From the IMG/VR virus record IMGVR_UViG_3300010885_015027, positions 1-64,000 of that record: a DNA stretch of 64,000 nt. One strand, written 5' to 3'. Source of the stretch: a virus. Positions within the stretch are counted from its first letter, which is position 1; each line of letters starts with the position of its first letter. Positions 9,115-18,776 of this stretch are shown in pieces. Under the pieces are notes generated by a model. It made no database searches. It saw only the letters and a program-made list of their open reading frames with translations, and was not told where the DNA came from. A program made the position numbers and the translations under genes.

Positions 9115-9858
9115 ATGTCAAGAAAACCAAAAACATTCAAAAATAATCTAGAACCAACTATAGATAATTCTTTCTCATTAAAAAGAATTACCCCAATGAC
9201 TGATGCACAACAAGATGCATTTAATGCGTTTGAAGAGCATTATAATTTAGTTCTTTGTGGTTCGGCTGGTACTGGTAAAACTTTTATATCATTATATTTG
9301 GCTCTATCTGAATTAATGAGAAGAGATCGATCTTCAAAAGATGATCCAAAAAAGATTATGATTGTTAGATCAACAGTTTCTTCTAGAGATGTTGGATTTC
9401 TGCCAGGGACCTTGAAAGAAAAGATGTCAGTATATGAAGATCCTTATCGTGGAATCTTTGCAGAATTATTTGGTAGAGGAGATGCATTTGAAATATTGAA
9501 AACAAAAGGTATCGTTGAATTTTGTTCTACTTCTTTCTTGCGTGGAACAACTATTAATGACTCTTATATTATCCTAGACGAATTCCAGAATTGTTCATCT
9601 CAGGAATTAGAAACAGTTATAACAAGAGTCGGAAAAAATTCGAAAATATTTTTCTGCGGTGATTGGTCACAGAATGATCTCATTCGCTCTAAATGGGATG
9701 TTTCAGGTTTACCAGTTTTCATGAAGATTATAGAAAAGATGCAAGAATTCGATATTATTGAATTCGGAATTGAAGATATCGTGCGTTCAGGAATAGTTAA
9801 ATCTTTCATTATCGCAAAGGCGGAAGTGGAAGACGAGATGTCATCTAATAATAAATAG
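9115..9858 (+). CDS. phoH: PhoH-family ATPase
   Basis: GSAGTGKT, GFLPG, RGTT, DEFQN, GDWSQND, IVRS. Confidence 0.95.
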   Translation: MSRKPKTFKNNLEPTIDNSFSLKRITPMTDAQQDAFNAFEEHYNLVLCGSAGTGKTFISLYLALSELMRRDRSSKDDPKKIMIVRSTVSSRDVGFLPGTLKEKMSVYEDPYRGIFAELFGRGDAFEILKTKGIVEFCSTSFLRGTTINDSYIILDEFQNCSSQELETVITRVGKNSKIFFCGDWSQNDLIRSKWDVSGLPVFMKIIEKMQEFDIIEFGIEDIVRSGIVKSFIIAKAEVEDEMSSNNK

Positions 9859-9876
9859 GTTATATTTACATAAAAC

Positions 9877-10563
9877 GTGAAGATTTTTAAACATAATAAA
9901 ATAGATCTACCTGTATTACAAACCCAAGAGGGCAACGGGAGAAGATATTATATTACCCCTGAAGGTAAGTATTATCCTTCCATCACAACTCTCTTGGGTC
10001 AAGGTTCTAAAGAATCATTAGAAAATTGGAAGAAATCCATCGGGGAAGGAGCTGCCAAAGTAATATCTGATTACGCATGTTCTCTTGGTGAAAATCTACA
10101 TTATGTAGTTGAAAAATATCTAGATAACGATCCGAATTATTTACAGACCGCCACATCACACTCCAAATATATATTCATAGCTCTTCAAGAAACTCTTGAT
10201 AGAATCGACAATATCTACACACAAGAAGCTACTTTATATTCAGATACACTCGGTCTGGCTGGCAGAACTGATTGTATTGCAGAATTCGACGGTGTCCCGT
10301 CTGTTATTGACTTCAAAACATCAAGAAAAGAAAAGAAACAAGAATGGATTACTAATTATTTTGTACAAGGAACTGCTTATTCTTTGATGTTTGAAGAGAT
10401 GACTGGGATTAAAATTCGCCAAATTGTAATCCTTATGGGTACACATGATTCCCAACCTTTAATTTTCACGGTTGACAGAAAGAATTATGTGTCAGAATTG
10501 ACAAAAATTATGGGCAAATATCTTGGAGATTTGAAATATTATGACGTACAAAGAAATTCATGA
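9877..10563 (+). CDS. PD-(D/E)XK exonuclease (Cas4-like, T4-like phages)
   Basis: YPSITT, AGRTDC, IDFKTS, Q..AY. Confidence 0.85.
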   Translation: MKIFKHNKIDLPVLQTQEGNGRRYYITPEGKYYPSITTLLGQGSKESLENWKKSIGEGAAKVISDYACSLGENLHYVVEKYLDNDPNYLQTATSHSKYIFIALQETLDRIDNIYTQEATLYSDTLGLAGRTDCIAEFDGVPSVIDFKTSRKEKKQEWITNYFVQGTAYSLMFEEMTGIKIRQIVILMGTHDSQPLIFTVDRKNYVSELTKIMGKYLGDLKYYDVQRNS

Positions 10564-10972
10564 TTTAGCCCAAGTGGAATTGAAAATAGATAGATTTGCA
10601 TTAGGTGAAGAAGCAACACGAACTCCTAATATCTTAATGAAATTCTTGGACATCTATCGTACAGAAAAAATAATTCTGCATAAGATGAATAGAAAATGCG
10701 ACGAATTAAAGAAAGACAAGTGGGAATACTACGCCGGAAAATCATCAGATGAAGTTTATCTTGAGAAACCTTTTGATATAAAAGTGCTCCGACAAGATCT
10801 TGACATGTATCTTGCTGCTGATCCAGAATTATCCGAATTAATTTATAATATACAAACACAAAAAGAGAAGATATTTTATTTAGAGAAAATCCTTAGAGGA
10901 ATTGAACAACGAGAATTTTCTATTAAAAATGCGATAACAATGATTCGTTTTGATGCGGGTGAAGTCACTTAA
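10541..10972 (+). CDS. uvsY: recombination mediator UvsY
   Basis: KWEYYAGK..PFDIKVL..YLAAD..REFSIKNAI; position before uvsW. Confidence 0.88.
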   Translation: MTYKEIHDLAQVELKIDRFALGEEATRTPNILMKFLDIYRTEKIILHKMNRKCDELKKDKWEYYAGKSSDEVYLEKPFDIKVLRQDLDMYLAADPELSELIYNIQTQKEKIFYLEKILRGIEQREFSIKNAITMIRFDAGEVT

Positions 10973-11046
10973 TAAAACTGTGTAAATATAAATACTAGTG
11001 AGGGAATGGTCATTCCCTCTAATCACACACTAGGAAAATATTTTAC

Positions 11047-11637
11047 ATGTCTGAATTTTATGTCTATGCATATTTGCGAGAAGATGGCTCCCCATATTAT
11101 ATCGGGAAAGGACGAGGTAACAGAGCCTGGAGGAAGTCGGGAAGACAAGTTCCTCCACCTACAGATTCTTCTAGAATAGTTATTGTCAAAGAGACACTTA
11201 CAGAAACAGAAGCCTTCTCTGAAGAAATGCGACTCATCCAATTGCACGGTCGAAAAGATAATGGAACAGGAATTCTGAGAAATCTGACAGATGGTGGAGA
11301 AGGAACTTCTGGATGCAAACGTTCTCAAGAAACCAGAGACAAACAATCTGTAGCTATGTCTGGTGAAAATAATCCTATGTTCGGAAAGTTTGGAGAAAAT
11401 CATCCTAATTATGGAAGGACTGGTATAAGTCATCCTATGTTTGGACAGCACCACACTCCAGAAGCCAGAGACAAAATGTCTGCAGCTGCGTCTGGTGAAA
11501 ATAATCCTATGTTTGGAAGGACAGGTGAAAACAGTCCCAGGTTTAGACAGAAACTATCTCCAGATTCAATAGCCAAAATGATTGCAACCATGAAGAGAAA
11601 TAAAGAAGCTAAGGATCTCACACAGCATCATTTATAA
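11047..11637 (+). mobile_element. GIY-YIG-like/NUMOD3 homing endonuclease
   Basis: [37 protein letters not shown] repeats. Confidence 0.85.
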
Positions 11638-11645
11638 ATATGTAA

Positions 11646-11735
11646 ATGAATGTGACGCTGAAAAATTTTAATGAAACCCATGTAATTGTTGAAGCAGAAC
11701 AAGGAATTATCCAGGAGCTGTACGAACTCCTCTGA
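11646..11735 (+). pseudogene. orphan 5' fragment of uvsW
   Basis: MNVTLKNFNETHVIVEAEQGIIQELYELL* versus UvsW MNVTLKNFNETHVIIDTEPGVLQELYELLS. Confidence 0.9.
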
Positions 11736-11855
11736 GAACAAAATATAACTTATTTTGAAAGTCAAGATCTAGTTTTGTATAAATAATAGTCGAGAGGAGA
11801 ATAGTCTTAGAAACTTTCTCCTCTCTAAACACACAAACTACGGAGAGTAGCTTAT

Positions 11856-12455
11856 ATGTCTAAAACTATTTATACAAAAGATCCGAACAGATTCTATGTC
11901 TATGCTTTTCTAAGAGAAGATGGTTCCCCTTATTATATCGGAAAAGGTACGGGTGCCAGAGCCTGGATCAAGAGACGAAGGTCTTCTCCACCTGCTGACG
12001 TGTCTAGAATATCTATTCTCTTTGAAAATCTGACAGAAACAGAAGCCTTCGATGAAGAAATGAGACTAATAAATTTCTATGGTAGAAAAGACCTAGGAAC
12101 AGGAATCCTGAGAAATCTGACAGATGGCGGAGAAGGAGCTTCTGGCTGCATACGATCTCAAGACGCTCGAGACAAAATGTCTGAAGCACAGTCTGGAGAA
12201 AATCATCCTATGTTTGGAAAGCGCCATACTCAAGACGCCAGAGACAAAATGTCTGCAGCACTGTCTGGAGAAAATCATCCTATGTTTGGAAAGCGCCATA
12301 CTCAAGACGCCAGAGACAAAATGTCTGCATCACGGTCTGGAGAAAAGAATCCTATGTATGGAAAGCGTCGATCTCCAGAAACACTAGCCAAAATGCGTGA
12401 AACCATCAAGAGAAATAAAGAAGCTAGGATTCTCAACGAATTAGAAGTTTTATAA
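11856..12455 (+). mobile_element. GIY-YIG-like/NUMOD3 homing endonuclease (three 72-bp repeats)
   Basis: Paralog of 11047; QDARDKMS..SGE.[HN]PM[FY]GKR x3. Confidence 0.85.
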
Positions 12456-12463
12456 ATATTTGA

Positions 12464-13936
12464 ATGAATGTGACGCTGAAAAATTTTAATGAAACCCATG
12501 TAATCATAGACACCGAGCCAGGCGTTCTGCAAGAGTTGTACGAACTCTTGTCTTTCGAAGTTAAAGGCGCAAAATTCATGCCTATCTACAAGAAGAGGCT
12601 ATGGGATGGATACGCAAGATTATTGAATATCCGAAACAAAACAGTTGGTAAGGGTCTTGCGTATCACATTAAGTCTTATTGCGAAGACAATGGATATATT
12701 TTCAACCAGGAATTCAGCGACGATGGATTCTCTGAAGAGATAGCAGATGCATTTATTAAATCGAATAAGATTCATTCTGCCGATGGTTTCGAGATCGAAT
12801 TGCGTGATTATCAAATAGATTCTATAAAACATGGAATCCGTAACAACAGATCTATTACTGTCTCGGTTACAGGTTCTGGTAAATCTGCCATAATCGCTTC
12901 TCTAATTCGTTTCTATCACGAAAATACAGAAGGAAAGTGTCTTCTTATTTGTCCAACGACTAGTCTTGTTGAACAATTATATTCTGATATAGGTGAATAT
13001 TTCCCAGACTGGGATCACTCCACTAAAATTACTAGAATCTATTCTGGTATGGAAAGAGAAGACAAAAGAATTATCATAAGCACTTGGCAAAGTTTATATG
13101 ATAAACCGACTTCTTATTTTGATGACATCGAAGTTCTCCTTGGCGATGAGTGCCATTTATATTCTGCCAAAGAAGTTTCAAAGTTATTTGAAAAATGCGT
13201 TAATGCTATTTACAGACACGGTTTCACAGGAACATTATCTGGTGAGAAGATTCATCAATTACAGTTAGAAGGAATATTTGGTAAATCAAGAATTCTTACA
13301 ACAACTTCAGAGTTAATCAAAAAATCTCAATTATCGGATTTTAAGATTAATGCTCTTGTCCTTTCTTATTCTGATGCTTCCAGGAAAGCTTCCAAAGATA
13401 TCACATATGAAGAAGAAGTGAAATTTCTTATTGGTAATGACAAGAGGAATCGGTTCATTGCCAAATTAGCTGCAAGTACGAAAGGAAATACTCTCGTGTT
13501 ATTCTCTAGAGTAGAAACTCATGGAGAACTTATCTATAACCTTATTCAGAAGTATACTGATAGACCAGTTTATTTCGTTTATGGTGGAACTGATGTGGAT
13601 ATTCGAGAAGATGTAAGAAAACAAATTAATGATATTAACGATGGAATTATCGTAGCTTCTTCACAGATATTCTCTACAGGAATTAATATTCCTTCACTTC
13701 AGAATATCATATTCACACATCCTTCGAAATCTAAAATAAGAGTTCTACAATCAATCGGAAGAGTGCTTAGATTATCTGCGAACAAAGTCGGACCAGCAAT
13801 TCTGTTCGATATCGTTGACGATCTACAATTTAGGAATAAGAAGAATTTCTCCATGAAACACTTTCTGGAGAGGGCCAAGATTTATGTGCAAGAGAATTTC
13901 AATTACAAAATAATTAATGTAGATTTGGAGAAATAA
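12464..13936 (+). CDS. uvsW: UvsW SF2 helicase
   Basis: LRDYQ, TGSGKS, DECH, GFTGT, QSIGRVLR. Confidence 0.95.
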   Translation: MNVTLKNFNETHVIIDTEPGVLQELYELLSFEVKGAKFMPIYKKRLWDGYARLLNIRNKTVGKGLAYHIKSYCEDNGYIFNQEFSDDGFSEEIADAFIKSNKIHSADGFEIELRDYQIDSIKHGIRNNRSITVSVTGSGKSAIIASLIRFYHENTEGKCLLICPTTSLVEQLYSDIGEYFPDWDHSTKITRIYSGMEREDKRIIISTWQSLYDKPTSYFDDIEVLLGDECHLYSAKEVSKLFEKCVNAIYRHGFTGTLSGEKIHQLQLEGIFGKSRILTTTSELIKKSQLSDFKINALVLSYSDASRKASKDITYEEEVKFLIGNDKRNRFIAKLAASTKGNTLVLFSRVETHGELIYNLIQKYTDRPVYFVYGGTDVDIREDVRKQINDINDGIIVASSQIFSTGINIPSLQNIIFTHPSKSKIRVLQSIGRVLRLSANKVGPAILFDIVDDLQFRNKKNFSMKHFLERAKIYVQENFNYKIINVDLEK

Positions 13937-13938
13937 AT

Positions 13939-14145
13939 ATGGAAATAATCAAAATGCCAAAAGCGTCATATGAAAGAATCATTCCGACTTCACTAGAAGG
14001 AGCGATGACAGAATTAGACAGACGAATTATGATTACTGCGAGAGAAAATCTTGGGCAAGTTCAGGCTCGTGTCATCTTCAGAGAATTGCTGCAAGATTTC
14101 ATGCAAGGACTAGAATCCAAGTCCTCGTATATAATTCGTCCGTAA
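13939..14145 (+). CDS. hypothetical protein
   Basis: ORF with GGAG Shine-Dalgarno right after uvsW. Confidence 0.6.
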   Translation: MEIIKMPKASYERIIPTSLEGAMTELDRRIMITARENLGQVQARVIFRELLQDFMQGLESKSSYIIRP

Positions 14146-14279
14146 CAGTAATATCTATTACTTAAAACTGGTACATACCTATTGTAGCTTAGAAAGTCAA
14201 GGTAGTCAAATTCTTTTATTTGTTATCTCTTAAACACAGAATTTGACTATTCGTGAAATATATTGTATAATAGTTCTAT

Positions 14280-14567
14280 ATGATGTTAATAAATATTTCG
14301 ATGACTGACGAGAACGAGCTATTACCAAGCATAGAAGATATTCTCATTAAACCTGAAGATCTTTTGCGTGATATCAAAGCTCTAGTTTTGAATAATAGAA
14401 TGAATTATTTGGAAGCTGTTGTTTATTATTGTCAGAAGAATAATTATGATATTGAAGCTGTTGCAAAGACGATTCCACAATCACTCAGAACTCTAGTAGA
14501 GGACTCTGCAAAGAAGCTGAAATTATTCAAGAAAATCCATAATAATAGCAAATCGTTACCAATCTAG
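14280..14567 (+). CDS. 33: late transcription coactivator gp33
   Basis: MNYLEAVVYYC..IEAVAK..; 33-59-32 synteny. Confidence 0.85.
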   Translation: MMLINISMTDENELLPSIEDILIKPEDLLRDIKALVLNNRMNYLEAVVYYCQKNNYDIEAVAKTIPQSLRTLVEDSAKKLKLFKKIHNNSKSLPI

Positions 14568-14573
14568 ATATCC

Positions 14574-15206
14574 ATGGATATGATCGAAACATTTTCTGGA
14601 TACGATGCATACGTTACTTATCTTGCATTTAAGTTGCATTTTTCGAGTAACACATACGATTTTTTTAAATTTAATGGAAAAACAAAAGCTAATCCATCAT
14701 CATTTAATTCTAGAAAAGACAAATATCATTTTGAAAAGATAGCTGCTAAAATATCTAGAGAATCATTTATTGAGAGGATGTTAATCGAATATCTAGAAAA
14801 CTCCAATTTTTGGATTAAGGATATCTTAACAGCAGATAACAAAGCAAGACATCTCGTTTGGAGGGGATATGTGGAAAGTTTTCCATATTCTTTCCGCTCA
14901 GAATTAGGTAAGATAAAAGAATATTGTCTTCTAAACGAAATAAGTTATGCAGAACTGTTTAAGACAAAGGGAATAACTCACCCTCTAATTTTCAAGATGT
15001 ATATTAGAAAAACGATTCGTCTTGAAACATTTATTTGCATAGATAGTTTGATTAAGATTTCGGATAAGATGTCTTCTCCAGATTCTCCTCGTGATCCTGT
15101 TTGGGATGAAGTTCAAACACTCATGTCTCATTATTTTTCTTTCGTGCAAAAATTTCTACCAGAAAGAAATATACTTAAGAAAATATTTTTAGAAATTTTC
15201 AATTGA
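14574..15206 (+). CDS. 59: helicase loader gp59
   Basis: YLAFKLHF..YDFFKFNGK..F.SRKDKYHFEK. Confidence 0.9.
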   Translation: MDMIETFSGYDAYVTYLAFKLHFSSNTYDFFKFNGKTKANPSSFNSRKDKYHFEKIAAKISRESFIERMLIEYLENSNFWIKDILTADNKARHLVWRGYVESFPYSFRSELGKIKEYCLLNEISYAELFKTKGITHPLIFKMYIRKTIRLETFICIDSLIKISDKMSSPDSPRDPVWDEVQTLMSHYFSFVQKFLPERNILKKIFLEIFN

Positions 15207-15247
15207 CATAATAATGAAAATAGGTTATAATAAAATTGAGGTGAAAT

Positions 15248-15559
15248 ATGGATGAAGATGAAGTAATTAATTTTGATCCTGAGGAAGAGGATGCTCCTGA
15301 AGATGAAGAATTCGACAGTGTATTTGACATAGAAGATTTTAATGATGAATCAATTGAAGTTTTAATTGATAATGTTTCTGAATCTATTAATACTCTTGAA
15401 AGTATTATGTTGAACATGTATTATTCGTATCATAGATTGAAAGAAGAAACTGATGAACACATAAATAATTTAGTAACAGAAAATGAGAATTATTGTGAAA
15501 CAATTACCAAGCTCTATCAACAATTAGCAACTATTAGCAACCAAGAAAAAGAGGAATAA
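15248..15559 (+). CDS. acidic hypothetical protein
   Basis: ORF with GAGG Shine-Dalgarno. Confidence 0.6.
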   Translation: MDEDEVINFDPEEEDAPEDEEFDSVFDIEDFNDESIEVLIDNVSESINTLESIMLNMYYSYHRLKEETDEHINNLVTENENYCETITKLYQQLATISNQEKEE

Positions 15560-15563
15560 TTAA

Positions 15564-16460
15564 ATGAATTTCGCAGATCTAAAGAAGAAGACAAAGAATA
15601 ATCTAGATAATCTAGTAGCCGAATTAGAAAAGATGTCTACAGGTACTAACAAGTATCAAGACAATCGATTTTGGTCGGTTCCGATGGACGAAAAGACAGG
15701 AAATGGCACTGCTCTAATCCGATTACTTCCGGCGGGACGAAACGATAAATTGCCTTGGGTTTCAGTTTATTCGCATGCATTCCAAGGACCTGGTGGTTGG
15801 TATATTGAGAATTCTTTAACCACAATTGGTAAGCAAGATCCGATTGGTGAGACCAACCAAGAACTTTGGGCCACTGGTATCGAAGCGAATAAAGAAATCG
15901 TTCGCAAGCGTAAACGAAAGCAACAATATATTTCTAACATTTATGTGATTTCGGATCCTAAGAATCCACAGAATGAAGGAAAGGTGATGTTGTTTAAGTA
16001 TGGCAAGAAGATCTTTGAGAAGATTCAAGAATCAATGAAGCCTGTTTTTGAAGGTGACACTGCGATTGATCCTTTTGATTTTTGGCAAGGAGCTAACTTC
16101 CGTCTAAAGATTAAGAAAGTTGAGGGATATCCGAATTACGATAATTCTTCTTTTGAAGCACAAACTGCTTTATTCGATGGTAATGATGAGAAGCTAGAGA
16201 AGGTTTGGGATTCTCTATACACTTTGGGTGAATTTACAGATCCTAAGAATTTCAAGTCTTATGAAGAATTAAAGGTTCGTCTTGATAAGGTTCTTGGATC
16301 TAAGCCTGCCGCTAAGAAGATTGAAGAACCATTACCTTCTAAACCTGCACCGAAGATGGATACCAAGAAAGTAGTCGAAGATGATACTCCTTGGAAGTCT
16401 GACGAAGATGAAGGTGAAGATGATTCACTAGAATTCTTTAGGAAGCTTGCAGAAGAATAA
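15564..16460 (+). CDS. 32: ssDNA-binding protein gp32
   Basis: DNRFW, IRLLP, HAFQGPGGWYIENSLTT, DPFDFWQGANF, acidic tail. Confidence 0.96.
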   Translation: MNFADLKKKTKNNLDNLVAELEKMSTGTNKYQDNRFWSVPMDEKTGNGTALIRLLPAGRNDKLPWVSVYSHAFQGPGGWYIENSLTTIGKQDPIGETNQELWATGIEANKEIVRKRKRKQQYISNIYVISDPKNPQNEGKVMLFKYGKKIFEKIQESMKPVFEGDTAIDPFDFWQGANFRLKIKKVEGYPNYDNSSFEAQTALFDGNDEKLEKVWDSLYTLGEFTDPKNFKSYEELKVRLDKVLGSKPAAKKIEEPLPSKPAPKMDTKKVVEDDTPWKSDEDEGEDDSLEFFRKLAEE

Positions 16461-16467
16461 CTAATAA

Positions 16468-16513
16468 GATTCCCTTCAGAAGATATGTTCACTTTTGAAG
16501 GGAATCCTCTTTT
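16468..16513 (+). terminator. intrinsic terminator
   Basis: GATTCCCTTCA..TGAAGGGAATC followed by a T-rich tract. Confidence 0.65.
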
Positions 16514-16524
16514 GGAAATAACTT

Positions 16525-16710
16525 ATGAATTGTGCAAAAGCCAAACTGATTCTCAAAGAATCAACTAATTATTCAGACAAAGAACTTGCATGTTGTGAAC
16601 CCTGTCACGAAGATGCTGAAGAAGGTTGTAATGATAATCTAGATAACGGAACGGAACCATGTTGCAATTTGATCGCATTACTGGTTAATTCAGGACTACT
16701 GGATCCATAG
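16525..16710 (+). CDS. small Cys-rich hypothetical protein
   Basis: CCEPCH..C..PCC. Confidence 0.5.
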   Translation: MNCAKAKLILKESTNYSDKELACCEPCHEDAEEGCNDNLDNGTEPCCNLIALLVNSGLLDP

Positions 16711-16803
16711 AGGCCTCTGAAGAGTAACAACGAATAAAATATAGGTCTTTTATTTTCAGTAAAAATTGATTTGAGTGTTCCAAATAAGGTATAATGATTC
16801 TAT

Positions 16804-17247
16804 ATGACATTTGAAGATTTAAAAACTGCTTTTCCTGACGCTACTCTTGATACATGGCACGTTCATCCTAGAGGAGGAGGTTGGGTCGAGAATACTGCTA
16901 CCGTCGCTGAGACTGCCGACGTTGGTCCTGACGCATTGGTCTATGGGAACGCAGTGGTCTCTGGGAACGCTGAGGTCTCTGGGAGATCTCGGGTCTTTGG
17001 GTACGCTTGGATCGATGGTGACGCTACGATCACCGAGGACGCTCAGATCTATGGTGACGCTACGATCGCCGGGTTCGCTCAGGTCTACGGCGACGCTTGG
17101 GTCTACGGCGGCGCTCGGGTATTTGGGAGATCTCAGATCTCTGGGAGATCTCGGGTCTTCGGATCCGCTCGGATATCTGGGAGATCTCTGGTCTTTGGAG
17201 ACACGGTAGTCTCTGGGGACCAAATTATTGGTGAAGTGGCCAATTAA
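16804..17247 (+). CDS. hexapeptide-repeat protein, paralog 4
   Basis: Same cap; ATG 8 nt after TATAAT (16790-16795). Confidence 0.85.
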   Translation: MTFEDLKTAFPDATLDTWHVHPRGGGWVENTATVAETADVGPDALVYGNAVVSGNAEVSGRSRVFGYAWIDGDATITEDAQIYGDATIAGFAQVYGDAWVYGGARVFGRSQISGRSRVFGSARISGRSLVFGDTVVSGDQIIGEVAN

Positions 17248-17261
17248 ATTTGATTTGAACT

Positions 17262-17527
17262 ATATCTCCTTCTGAATCAGTCACTTGCAGAATACTGTTG
17301 AAAACAAAGGAAATATTCTTTCAAGATCACTGTGTGCCACTGTGTGGGACGATTTCTGGACATCCAGCGGACCCTGGGTACTCCAAAGCCAACCGATTCG
17401 TTGCAGCTCATCTGGAGGATCGTATGAGGATCGATACTGATGATCATCCGCTTGATTGGTGTTGGGAAAACTATATCTCCTTCTGAATCAGTCACTTGCA
17501 GAATACTGTTGAAAACAAAGGAGATAT
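17262..17527. repeat. palindrome - conserved spacer (family 2) - palindrome
   Basis: Palindromes at 17262-17316 and 17473-17527; the spacer recurs at 36183-36323. Confidence 0.85.
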
Positions 17528-17577
17528 TCTTTCGAGGCCTCCTTGCTATATGGGTTCCAATAAGGTATAATGGTTCT

Positions 17578-18135
17578 ATGGCTATTTTGAATACCACCTC
17601 GTCTCTTGAATATGTTCCGCTTGGCGCTGTCAACCTCCGGGATATTTCTGACAAATATCGTCAATCGGATTTCCCTGAAAACTGGAAATTATACATCTAC
17701 GAGACGCACAATGGTCTCTGCTTGCACGATTACGAACGTAATTATTATGACGATTCAGACTTCATGATGACAGTCTGGAATCTTGAAAAGAATGAACCGG
17801 AAGATATCTGCTTCGCTACGACTCGTGGTTGGTCATATCCTTCTTATGGTTCCAAACCTGACGCAACTCCTGAGATTCAGGAAAAGTATGCTGCTTGGAA
17901 GGAAGTCAAGCGGATCGAGGCTCGGATCGAGGCTCTGGCTGCTGCCGAAGCCAAAGAGGCTGTTACCCCACGGAAAGGCAAGACGATCCGTGTCGTTCGT
18001 GGTCGCAAGGTTCCGATCGGAACTGTCGGTGTGGTGTTCTGGGTCGGATCGAATCGCTTTGGTGTCGCCGTCGGAATCAAAGACGAGACTGGTACAGCGA
18101 TGTTTACTTCTATCAAAAATGTTGAGGTTGTTTAA
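17578..18135 (+). CDS. leaderless early protein with C-terminal SH3/KOW-like segment
   Basis: Start MAILNTT 6 nt after TATAAT; KGKTIRVVRGRKVPIGTVGVVFW. Confidence 0.7.
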   Translation: MAILNTTSSLEYVPLGAVNLRDISDKYRQSDFPENWKLYIYETHNGLCLHDYERNYYDDSDFMMTVWNLEKNEPEDICFATTRGWSYPSYGSKPDATPEIQEKYAAWKEVKRIEARIEALAAAEAKEAVTPRKGKTIRVVRGRKVPIGTVGVVFWVGSNRFGVAVGIKDETGTAMFTSIKNVEVV

Positions 18136-18144
18136 GGAAATAAT

Positions 18145-18750
18145 ATGGCTTCTATTCTAACAGATAATTCTAAGAAAAGCAATAAGCTGATTAACGAAGC
18201 TCTGTCTCCGTATATCGCAAAGGTCGAAAATATCGACAGAAATTCTCCAGATTATGAGAAATTTAAAAACTATCGTATCACCCAGATTGAGAATGGTATT
18301 TTAGATATTGGATCTCTTGCAGAAGTTTGTATGGAATCGCAGAACCCCGAAACACTGAAACGAGTTAAGGGTGCTCAGAACGGTTGGGATTTTGAAGATA
18401 ACAGTGATGCTAAGACGAGCTCATTCGGTAGATACGACCATATGGTCGGCCATTTAGTATACGACCGTTATGAATGTAGCATTGTAAAGAAAAACAAAAC
18501 AGGACTATTGAGGTGTATTATTGGAAACCCATTTAATGATACAGTCGTTTTCTTTCTGATTCCACATTCTGTGTATAGTCAGTTTAAACACAACAGCTTC
18601 AAAATCCGTTATAATCCATCTAAAAATGCTTATGGTAAATTTGAAGAATATCGTGTCGACACCTTTGAAGAATTATGTTCTGATTATGTTGCTCCGGTTT
18701 CTCGATATCAACAACACTCTCGGCCAGTTATTAATTGGAGCTTGACTTAA
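18145..18750 (+). CDS. hypothetical protein (possible PD-(D/E)XK nuclease)
   Basis: AE..GWDFEDNSDAKT pattern; AAGGA Shine-Dalgarno. Confidence 0.5.
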   Translation: MASILTDNSKKSNKLINEALSPYIAKVENIDRNSPDYEKFKNYRITQIENGILDIGSLAEVCMESQNPETLKRVKGAQNGWDFEDNSDAKTSSFGRYDHMVGHLVYDRYECSIVKKNKTGLLRCIIGNPFNDTVVFFLIPHSVYSQFKHNSFKIRYNPSKNAYGKFEEYRVDTFEELCSDYVAPVSRYQQHSRPVINWSLT

Positions 18751-18776
18751 TTTAGACAATACGGTATACTATTAAT

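Noticed and set aside
9877-10563. Cas4 as evidence of a CRISPR system
   Set aside because: A routine T4-like exonuclease in its usual phoH-exonuclease-uvsY context
17440-17577. N-terminal extensions in the ORF track (also starts 6484, 36107 and ORF 58688-58999)
   Set aside because: They translate the palindrome and promoter; the likely starts are the leaderless ATGs
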